This document shows, piece by piece, positions 10,487 to 18,172 of a stretch of 64,000 bases of DNA (its first letter is position 1; every line of letters starts with the position of its first letter). Under the pieces are notes generated by a model. That model worked only from the letters and a program-made list of their open reading frames with translations. It was not told the origin of the DNA and did not search any database. The position numbers were made by a program, and so were the translations under genes. This stretch comes from Nostoc sp. DedSLP01 (GTDB lineage: Bacteria > Cyanobacteriota > Cyanobacteriia > Cyanobacteriales > Nostocaceae): contig JAVRCJ020000003.1 in the NCBI GenBank assembly GCA_034530875.2, forward strand, positions 160,001-224,000, given 5' to 3'.

Positions 10487-11050
10487 ATGTCTGTGCAATT
10501 ACTAAGACGGAAATTCACAGTTGAGCAATATCACAAAATGGTTGATTCGGGGATTCTGAAAGAAGATGACCGAGTGGAATTAATTCGGGGAGACATTATT
10601 GAAATGTCGCCTATTAGTACAAAACATGCTGCTTGTGTCAGGCGATTTAATAATATGTTAGGGCAGCGTTTGGGAAACCGCGTTATACTTTCTGTTCAAA
10701 ATCCCGTAGTTCTGGATAATAACTCAGAACCTCAGCCAGATGTGGCATTACTCAAACCCCGTGATGATTTCTACGCTAATGCACACCCCCAACCCCAGGA
10801 TATTTTTTTATTAATTGAAGTAGCTGATTCAACTATCGAGTATGACCGGGAAGAGAAAATCCCTTTATATGCACAAGCAAACATAATTGAAGTTTGGTTA
10901 GTAGATATTAACGAGAAAATTGTGGAAGTTTATCAACAACCAACAGCCGCAGGATATCAGCTTATGCAAAAGTTCGGTAGCAGTCAAACTTTATCAATTA
11001 AAGCCTTAAGCGATGTGAGTATTACCGTCAATGAAATCCTTGGCAGATAA
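10487..11050 (+). CDS. Uma2 (DUF820) family PD-(D/E)xK endonuclease-like protein
   Basis: RVELIRG..IEMSP...H, SEPQPDV, LLIEVADST, DREEKIPLYA and EVWLVD. Confidence 0.9.
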   Translation: MSVQLLRRKFTVEQYHKMVDSGILKEDDRVELIRGDIIEMSPISTKHAACVRRFNNMLGQRLGNRVILSVQNPVVLDNNSEPQPDVALLKPRDDFYANAHPQPQDIFLLIEVADSTIEYDREEKIPLYAQANIIEVWLVDINEKIVEVYQQPTAAGYQLMQKFGSSQTLSIKALSDVSITVNEILGR

Positions 11051-11052
11051 AA

Positions 11053-12273
11053 TTACTTCTCCTTTGATTCCTCTCTCATCCCTTCAAAACGCAAAAAATG
11101 CACCCTACCTGATTCTTCTCCTGCCACAATTGTCATGCGATCGGGTGCAACTGCACAGCAATTAATGGAACTTTCGCCTGTGAAGGTGGCAATGACCTCC
11201 ACTGTTGCCAGATTCCAGACTTTGAGGGTGTTGTCATCAGAGGCAGAAATCACCTGTTGCCCATTGGGGGTGACGGCGACGGCATTTACCGAGTAACTAT
11301 GACCATTGAGGGTGAATAGTTCCTCCCCTCTTGCCAGATTCCAGACTTTGAGGGTGTTGTCATCAGAGGCAGAAATCACCTGTTGCCCATTGGGGGTGAC
11401 GGCGATGGCATTTACCCAGTCACTATGACCCTTAAGGGTGAATAGTTCCTCCCCTGTTGCCAGATTCCAGACTTTGAGGGTGTTGTCAGAGGAAGCAGAA
11501 ATCACTTGTTGCCCATTTGGGGTGACGGCGACAGCATTTACCGAGTAACTATGACCCTTAAGGGTGAATAGTTCCTCCCCAGTTGCCAAATTCCAGACTT
11601 TGAGGGTGTGGTCATCGGATGCAGAAATCACCTGTTGCCCATTGGGGGTGATGGCGATGCCTTTTACCCAGTCACTATGACCAGTGAGGGTGAATAGTTC
11701 CTCCCCAGTTGCCAAATTCCAGACTTTGAGGGTGTTGTCAGAGGATGCAGAAATCACCTGTTGACCATTGGGGGTGACAGCGACGGCATTTACCGAGTCA
11801 CTATGACCAGTCAGGGTGCGGAGTAAGCGTCCCCCTGGTGGCGTTAAGCTTGGGGTCAAGGGACGCAGCCAAGCAGTAGCTGTCTTTTGCTTTATCTGTG
11901 TTAATAATGCCTGAATCTCCTCTGATGCTTTCTGATGTAGTAACCTTCCGTATAATTGAGTTGCTAACTGTTGCTTATCTGTTACTAAAATATGCCCTGA
12001 TAGTCTTAATGCTCCTTGAATCAATTTAAGGCTTTTGACTTTTTTAGGGTTATTTAATGCTTCTGCATCATCAATCAAATCATAATCTTCAATTAGCGCC
12101 TGTACCCCAAACTCAGGATGATTAATCTTTGCCGTTAAAAATGCAAAATCAGTCAGCGTTTGATAATATTTTTCTAAATTTCCCGAAATTACCAAATTAT
12201 AAGGAAACCTGCCCAGAAAAGCTTTGCGGGAGTAGGATTTTTTTCCTCTTGATTTCTTCTCAGTCTTCGTCAT
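11053..12273 (-). CDS. WD40-repeat protein with N-terminal helical (APAF-1/NWD-like) domain
   Basis: Five near-identical 42-aa GHS...KVWN repeats plus one divergent terminal blade; N-terminal LTDFAFL.AK / LIEDY / QLATQLYGRL segment typical of the region after NACHT domains; ATG at 12273 overlaps the upstream stop. Confidence 0.9.
   Translation of the reverse strand: MTKTEKKSRGKKSYSRKAFLGRFPYNLVISGNLEKYYQTLTDFAFLTAKINHPEFGVQALIEDYDLIDDAEALNNPKKVKSLKLIQGALRLSGHILVTDKQQLATQLYGRLLHQKASEEIQALLTQIKQKTATAWLRPLTPSLTPPGGRLLRTLTGHSDSVNAVAVTPNGQQVISASSDNTLKVWNLATGEELFTLTGHSDWVKGIAITPNGQQVISASDDHTLKVWNLATGEELFTLKGHSYSVNAVAVTPNGQQVISASSDNTLKVWNLATGEELFTLKGHSDWVNAIAVTPNGQQVISASDDNTLKVWNLARGEELFTLNGHSYSVNAVAVTPNGQQVISASDDNTLKVWNLATVEVIATFTGESSINCCAVAPDRMTIVAGEESGRVHFLRFEGMREESKEK
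11191..11820 (-). repeat. 5 x 126-bp highly conserved tandem repeat encoding WD40 blades
   Basis: TTCCAGACTTTGAGGGTG recurs every 126 bp. Confidence 0.95.
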
Positions 12274-13711
12274 CTTCGTCGTTCTCCCGTTCCCAGTAAT
12301 CAACAATCCGTTGATTCACCTCTTTAATTAGCTGACGCTTTGTATCCAAAATTGGTTTTGATTTGAGAAAATCTAGAAAACTAGCATGGTAGATGCTGTA
12401 ACAAGTGTCTTCATCTATTGTTTGTTGCTTTAAATATTCAAACCACTTATTTAAAATTTGTTGCACCTCATATTCATCTTCCTGGGCAATATCAGCAATC
12501 ATCTCACAAGGAATCGGCGTACCAATTTCTACTAAAATATACAGGATAATCACCATAATTTTATTAGGTGCAGAATCCATCTTCATCCGCACCCAATGAG
12601 TTTGATAATATTGCTGAAGACCATCTGGTAATTGCTTTAAATTAAAATCATTATATTCACCTTTAGCAATTCCCGGTAAGACATACCGCAAGTACATGAA
12701 ATTACTTTCACTTTTTGCCGCTACCTGCTCAACAAAAGCCTCACGGTTGATATTGCGGTCTTGAATCCACTTGAGCAATCCGGCTTTATAATCTACATCA
12801 TCATTGAGAAAAAAGCTAATATATTCTTGAATATCATCACGATTGTCTTTATTATATCGGCTTGCGTTTAAATCTAACTCTACCTGCTCGACACCTTCAG
12901 TATATAATCGCTTTTTACCCGGTTCATAGCGTCGCCTCGTCAGCAAAAAATAAACTTTATCTGGCAGAGTCTTAGGCAAATATAAGATATTTTCTCCCCC
13001 TGGTGCTTGCTCTACTTCATCCAACGCATCAATTACAATTACCAAGGGTTCATTCTTAGGAATTTTGCTACTAGCTTTAATTAACAAAGCTGATAAATCA
13101 TCATTATCGGCATTTTCTAAGTGATAGCGGTTAATTAGCTGCTGACGAATACTTTTGAGAAACAATTCTGGGCGATTGTTTCTTTCTTGCAAAACATTAA
13201 AGTAACAAATGGCTTTATTTTCATCAATATACTTTGCAGCTATAGCACTTTTCCCCATCCCCGCATCCCCGATTACCGTAAAATAACCTTTGGAATATTT
13301 ATTCAAGAAATCTTTAAAAGCATCAAACACAAATTTACGTCCGCAAAACGAGCGAATCTTTTCTTGAATGAGTACTTCAAACTCTGTGGAAATTTTTGAG
13401 GATGTAACAGGGTTAACAACTGGTATATTTTTATTTAATTGATAATAAGTTTCCTTCATATAAGTTCGCAAAATTTCAAATTTTCCTGCTCCTTGCTGCT
13501 TTGTCAGGTCAGGACAGCTAACTTGAAATTTTTTGTAGATACCTGCAAATCTACTTTTGACGGTAGCTTCAGTTATGTTGAGGTCTGAAGCAATCTTTAC
13601 TTGATTAATTTGTGCGTCTTCTTTCGGTAGTGCAGCTAATAAAGTTTCTTTCTGCTCAGGTGACAAACCGTGTCTACCTGCCTCTTGACTCAGAAAATCT
13701 CCCCAATCCAT
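12260..13711 (-). CDS. STAND/NACHT-type P-loop NTPase with N-terminal HTH
   Basis: FCGR motif, Walker A GDAGMGKS, Walker B LVIVIDALDE, sensor FLLTRR, NFMY, winged-helix YHASFLDFL; N-terminal KIASDLNITEATVKSRFAGIYKKF resembles a LuxR/sigma4-like HTH. Confidence 0.85.
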   Translation of the reverse strand: MDWGDFLSQEAGRHGLSPEQKETLLAALPKEDAQINQVKIASDLNITEATVKSRFAGIYKKFQVSCPDLTKQQGAGKFEILRTYMKETYYQLNKNIPVVNPVTSSKISTEFEVLIQEKIRSFCGRKFVFDAFKDFLNKYSKGYFTVIGDAGMGKSAIAAKYIDENKAICYFNVLQERNNRPELFLKSIRQQLINRYHLENADNDDLSALLIKASSKIPKNEPLVIVIDALDEVEQAPGGENILYLPKTLPDKVYFLLTRRRYEPGKKRLYTEGVEQVELDLNASRYNKDNRDDIQEYISFFLNDDVDYKAGLLKWIQDRNINREAFVEQVAAKSESNFMYLRYVLPGIAKGEYNDFNLKQLPDGLQQYYQTHWVRMKMDSAPNKIMVIILYILVEIGTPIPCEMIADIAQEDEYEVQQILNKWFEYLKQQTIDEDTCYSIYHASFLDFLKSKPILDTKRQLIKEVNQRIVDYWERENDEDDED

Positions 13712-13785
13712 TAAAATGCTTCCAAAGTCAATTTAGCAAAAATTATAACCGATTTGTTGCTTTTATTTCATGATTTTACTTATCT

Positions 13786-13863
13786 CTACCTTGAATAGAC
13801 CTTAGTTCTACGTCTCTTATATCTACTTTAATTAGGCCTATATTTATACCTTCATTAAACTTA
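13786..13863. promoter_or_regulatory. Phased imperfect direct repeats (core ACCTT) in the divergent promoter
   Basis: CTACCTT 13786, AGACCTT 13797, CTACGTC 13808; CTACTTT 13823, AGGCCTA 13834, ATACCTT 13846, AAACTTA 13857 (11-12 bp spacing). Confidence 0.4.
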
Positions 13864-13942
13864 AGCCTTAAAAAAGAATGACACGATAAAAGTGTGGATA
13901 AAAACTACAAAAAATATTGAATAAAAATCAAGGCAGGTAATT

Positions 13943-14236
13943 ATGGCTGTTAATTCTAGAAATACAACACAAAGAAATCACAACAGTAATAATATGAAAC
14001 AGGAATTGATGCAAGAATTATTACGCCAAGCTAAATTAACGTTTAACCTTGCTTTGAGTGTCACCGCTGCTTCTGCCATGATGACGTTAGGCGGTGTAGG
14101 ATTGCTCTATTTCAACAAAGTTTCTGAAGCCAGTCTCACAGCTGGAGGCGGCGCACTGGCTACTATCACCAGCGTTCAACTCGCCAAGCAAACCAAAGAA
14201 GAATTATTGGAGATTATAGAAAAATCAAATGGTTAA
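13943..14236 (+). CDS. Small two-helix membrane protein, resembling cyanobacterial TRADD-N-associated 2TM domain proteins
   Basis: RBS-like AGGCAGG; LRQAKLTFNLAL followed by two hydrophobic, Gly/Ala-rich segments; family resemblance is from memory, not searched. Confidence 0.65.
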   Translation: MAVNSRNTTQRNHNSNNMKQELMQELLRQAKLTFNLALSVTAASAMMTLGGVGLLYFNKVSEASLTAGGGALATITSVQLAKQTKEELLEIIEKSNG

Positions 14237-14313
14237 ATTTAGAAAAGATGTAGCGATTATCCCTAAAATAATCTCAAACATGGAACAATTGCCTACCCGT
14301 TTCAACTTCTAAA

Positions 14314-14544
14314 CTCAACTTTGACCTTCTGAGGCTCGACGTTGACCTTTTGAGGCTCGACGTTGACCTTCTGAGGCTCGACGTTGACCTTCTGAGGCTC
14401 GACGTTGACCTTCTGAGGCTCAACATTGACCTTCTGAGGCTCGACGTTGACCTTCTGAGGCTCGACGTTGACCTTTTGAGGCTCAACTTTGACCTTCTGA
14501 GGCTCGACGTTGACCTTCTGAGGCTCGACGTTGACCTTCTGAGG
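14314..14544. repeat. 11 x 21-bp tandem repeat, consensus CTCGACGTTGACCTTCTGAGG
   Basis: Eleven contiguous units with 0-2 substitutions each and no spacers. Confidence 0.95.
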
Positions 14545-14603
14545 TTCAACTGCGGCAATATTAACACCAATTTAATTAATGATGGCAACACATCTTTGGG
14601 TCA

Positions 14604-14627
14604 AGATGCGATTCATCGCGTCTCTAC
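14604..14627. repeat. REP-like palindrome (GTAG-type) AGATGCGATTCATCGCGTCTCTAC
   Basis: Related copies at 42239-42297 (interrupted) and 60225-60251. Confidence 0.75.
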
Positions 14628-14870
14628 AAATGGTCTATTTGTCGGTGTTGCATTATTGTGGGATGATTTTGGAATTTGCATCAACCATAATCCCTGGGTT
14701 CACGTGTCTACGTGTCCCCGTGTCAGGCTCAATCATCCCCTGATTCAGCAACGCCCTTTTTTCTAATGGGTATAACCTTGCAACCACATACATGCTTGGA
14801 TTTTTCAAGATGGCCGTGTATGGTATAGAAATGTATAGAATCTTGAAAAGATATAAAATATAGTTTTTAA

Positions 14871-15587
14871 ATGCAAACCTTTTCAGCATCTTCCTCAATG
14901 CAGCTGTCTGTACCACCAAAACACTTGCAGCCAAGAAAGATTGTCGCACTGGGAGACAGCTTAATATATGGATTTGGCGACCCGGAAAAAGGCGGTTGGA
15001 TTGAGCAACTACGGCGCTGGTGGATGTTGCCGGATAGTGCGGGTCACGTTCTTTATAATTTAGGGGTCAGGGGCGATTGCACGCAACAAGTAGCCCAAAG
15101 GTTAGAAGTTGAATTTCGCCATCGCGGTGAACTGCGAAATCGGGTTCCCGACTTGATTATTTTATCAGTAGGCGTCAACGATTCAGCGCGTTTGGCGCGT
15201 CCTGATGGGCGAAGTTACACAGATTTCAACGTCTTTGAAAAGGAAATCGCTTCTCTGTTGGATTTGGCACAACAACTCTGTCCTGTGTTATTTGTCGGCA
15301 TGGTGCCAGTAGATGAAGCTAAAATGCCATTTTTAGATTGTTTTTACTATAATCATGCAGATCAGTACCGCTACAAAGAAGCAACGCGCATCGCTTGCGA
15401 TAAACGGCAAATTCCTTATTTAGATATTTTTGATATATGGATGGAACGCAGTGAAGCTTGGCGACGCAAACGTTTGAGCGATGACGGACTTCATCCCAAT
15501 ACACTAGGTTATCAAGCCTTGTTAGAAGATGCCATAAATTGGGATGCCATTGCAAATTACCATTCTCTAGATTTGATTGCTACCTGA
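14871..15587 (+). CDS. SGNH/GDSL hydrolase
   Basis: ALGDSL, NLGVRGD, GVND and DGLHPN blocks. Confidence 0.92.
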   Translation: MQTFSASSSMQLSVPPKHLQPRKIVALGDSLIYGFGDPEKGGWIEQLRRWWMLPDSAGHVLYNLGVRGDCTQQVAQRLEVEFRHRGELRNRVPDLIILSVGVNDSARLARPDGRSYTDFNVFEKEIASLLDLAQQLCPVLFVGMVPVDEAKMPFLDCFYYNHADQYRYKEATRIACDKRQIPYLDIFDIWMERSEAWRRKRLSDDGLHPNTLGYQALLEDAINWDAIANYHSLDLIAT

Positions 15588-15694
15588 AACGATACCAATG
15601 TTAGATTTTAGATTGCAACTCTACTGTGCTGACAGCGCAACTTGGATTTTGAATTCAAGCAAAAATCCAAAATCTAAAATCTAACACTACTTCT

Positions 15695-16129
15695 ATGACA
15701 CCAACTTTACTTGGTCGCTGGCAAACTCGATTATTATTACTTGCAACCGTAGGCGTACTCGTATCTTTACCCTTTGCAATGGGTTTGATTGGTTCTGGCG
15801 CTAACTCGGTTTATTTTTGGATACTTGGTTATGTCGCCATTTTTGGTTTAGGTTGGGATGTACTTTATAATTATCTGCAAAAATTTCGCTGGGACAGAGA
15901 TTGGCCAGCAGCTTATCAACTTTTAGCTGGTATTTGGGAATTATTCTTTGTGTTCTGTGGAATTAAAGTATTTGGCTTTTTACCAATACCTTTACCGAAA
16001 GAAGAACTGTCACCAACAGATTTTTTGCTGCACTATAGCGTTGTGTGGTTAGCAGTTTTTATTAGTTCGCAAAGCCTGATGCGAATTATATTTATGCGTT
16101 GGCGTTTTCGGGGTGGAGAGTGGTTGTAA
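15695..16129 (+). CDS. Conserved hypothetical membrane protein
   Basis: Four hydrophobic segments; QKFRWDRDWP motif. Confidence 0.75.
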   Translation: MTPTLLGRWQTRLLLLATVGVLVSLPFAMGLIGSGANSVYFWILGYVAIFGLGWDVLYNYLQKFRWDRDWPAAYQLLAGIWELFFVFCGIKVFGFLPIPLPKEELSPTDFLLHYSVVWLAVFISSQSLMRIIFMRWRFRGGEWL

Positions 16130-16233
16130 TTCATAATTCGTAATTGATAATTAGTCATTTTTGAAAGTCAGATTGGATGTACGTTTGTAAATACTTGTAT
16201 TTTTAGTCTTGTCTTAAAGCAATTTTCACCAGA

Positions 16234-16265
16234 GTAGGGCTGTACAGCTAGCTGTACGCCCCTAC
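16234..16265. repeat. REP-like palindrome GTAGGGCTGTACAGCTAGCTGTACGCCCCTAC
   Basis: GTAG...CTAC-bounded imperfect palindrome in intergenic DNA. Confidence 0.65.
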
Positions 16266-16475
16266 CTTTATATATTCACTTTAATACCAGTCAGAAGTCA
16301 GCAATAGAGCCAGGAAGATTCTATCTGACTTCTTCTCTATAGAAGCCGAATGAAGACTATTTTCGGGTTCTACCTGGAAATTAGATTTTTTGCTGGGCGA
16401 AACAGATGAAGTACTTTATACTTTTTACACATCCTCTGAAAATTTCCAATTTTAATTTCTACTGAAGAAACTAGA

Positions 16476-17765
16476 ATGTCAAATTTTGATTTAGTTATTA
16501 AGCTTTTTCTGCAACTCACAGTAATTTTAGCTACTTGTCGCATCGTTACGATTTTAGGACGCCGCTATCTTGGTCAAACGGATGTTGTTTGCGAAATGAT
16601 AGCAGGTGTGATGTTAGGGCCATCACTTCTAGGTTTGATTGCACCAGATTTTCAGCAATGGCTATTTCCTAAGCTACCGATTATCACTGCTTTAGGAGAC
16701 AAGATACCCAATCCATCGATGTCGATTTTATATGCTATCAGTCAAATTGGATTAGCAATTTATATGTTTTTGGTTGGTCTAGAGTTCAACACAAAACTCT
16801 TGAAACACCATATTAAAAGTGCAGGTTTATTATCTGCGGCAGGAATTATTACTCCTTTTGTCTTAGGAGCGATCGCTTCTTTTTTCTTATATCACAATGA
16901 CAATTTCTTTCAACCAAAAGTACTGCCTTGGTCAGCCGCTTTATATCTAGGCGCGTCGATGACAATCACCGCTTTTCCAATGTTAGCTCGCATTATTTAC
17001 GAACGCGGACTTGCACAAACTCGCTTCGGTACTTTGGCTTTAGGCGCAGCATCGGTAGATGATGGAGTTGCTTGGTGTTTGCTGGCGATCGTTCTTGCTA
17101 GCGTAAAAAATTCTATAAATATCGCCATCTTAGCAATTGGTGGTGGCATTTGCTACGTTCTATTTGCTATTTTTATCGGGCAACGTCTACTTAAAGTCTT
17201 TACCCATATAACAAAACGCGATGCAGGTGTGAATAGACAAACCCTGACTTTATTGTTGATAGTTTTGATGTTTTGTACGTGGTTTACTGATATCACAGGT
17301 ATCTATGCAATATTCGGTGCATTTGTGTTGGGAGCAATAACACCACGCGGGGAATTTGCTCAACAAATTCGCCAATATACAGAGTTTTTCACAACTTCTT
17401 TTTTACTGCCGATATTTTTTGTCTTTTCTGGATTGAATACCCAAATCGGATTAGTCAACACACCTTTGTTATGGGGAATCACTCTGTTAATTTTAGCGAT
17501 CGCAATTCTCGGTAAAGGTATTGCTTGTATGTTAGCAGCTAAATTAGCAGGAGAAAATTGGCGCGAATCAGCAACTATCGGCGCTCTAATGAATGCTCGG
17601 GGTTTAATGGAGTTAATCATCCTTAATATTGGCCTCGAACAAGGTATAATCACCCCCACTTTATTCACTATTATGGTTATTATGGCTGTGGTTACTACAC
17701 TTATGGCATCACCGTTAATTGCCTTCTTCTTGAAAGGTACAAGTTACGATAAATTTCACGTTTAA
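16476..17765 (+). CDS. Cation:proton antiporter (CPA2, Kef/CHX-like)
   Basis: EMIAGVMLGPS, TAFPMLARI, ASVDD and LMNARGLMELIILNIG. Confidence 0.92.
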   Translation: MSNFDLVIKLFLQLTVILATCRIVTILGRRYLGQTDVVCEMIAGVMLGPSLLGLIAPDFQQWLFPKLPIITALGDKIPNPSMSILYAISQIGLAIYMFLVGLEFNTKLLKHHIKSAGLLSAAGIITPFVLGAIASFFLYHNDNFFQPKVLPWSAALYLGASMTITAFPMLARIIYERGLAQTRFGTLALGAASVDDGVAWCLLAIVLASVKNSINIAILAIGGGICYVLFAIFIGQRLLKVFTHITKRDAGVNRQTLTLLLIVLMFCTWFTDITGIYAIFGAFVLGAITPRGEFAQQIRQYTEFFTTSFLLPIFFVFSGLNTQIGLVNTPLLWGITLLILAIAILGKGIACMLAAKLAGENWRESATIGALMNARGLMELIILNIGLEQGIITPTLFTIMVIMAVVTTLMASPLIAFFLKGTSYDKFHV

Positions 17766-18172
17766 GCACGTCTATTCTAGATAGAAGATTAAAAATTAAT
17801 TACTGGCATCTAACTATAGTAAAGCGTTATTAACCGTAGCAAAGCGTTTAGTAGGTTAAGAGTTATTTACCCTAATCTCTTACTCTGCGGTAAGCTAAAA
17901 CTATATCTCGTGAATCTCTGCGATCTGCCATTAACAGCACTTAAGATGACAAATAAGTGCAAACTAACTTTGAGTATATCTAGCAAACTTGACTTAATAA
18001 TTTCCAATTAAAAAATCAATCTTTCAAGCTGATAAATTGATTTATTTAGCTAGCAATCGCTGAATATTGAATTTCTAGTTTTTGTAGTCGAGCGCCAAGA
18101 GCAGGGGTTGACATTTTTCAGTCTCTGAAACAATTATCTTAGGAAAACCAGATAGTTACTTTTGAGGAAACC

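Noticed and set aside
10487..11050. Uma2 nuclease as part of the STAND-WD40 system
   Set aside because: It is convergent rather than co-transcribed, and the family is highly expanded in cyanobacteria, so adjacency is weak evidence.
13893..13901. DnaA box TGTGGATAA (another at 49479-49487)
   Set aside because: Isolated single 9-mers without clustering are compatible with chance.
14314..14544. CRISPR array
   Set aside because: Units are contiguous with no unique spacers, and there are no cas genes nearby.
14274..14949. ORFs 14274-14591, 14350-14766 and 14653-14949 as real genes
   Set aside because: The first two are open mainly because of the 21-bp repeat, and none has a recognisable domain; left as an open question in findings.
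18056..18130. c-di-AMP (ydaO) riboswitch suggested by CGCTGAAT before an antiporter
   Set aside because: The remaining conserved ydaO elements could not be found.
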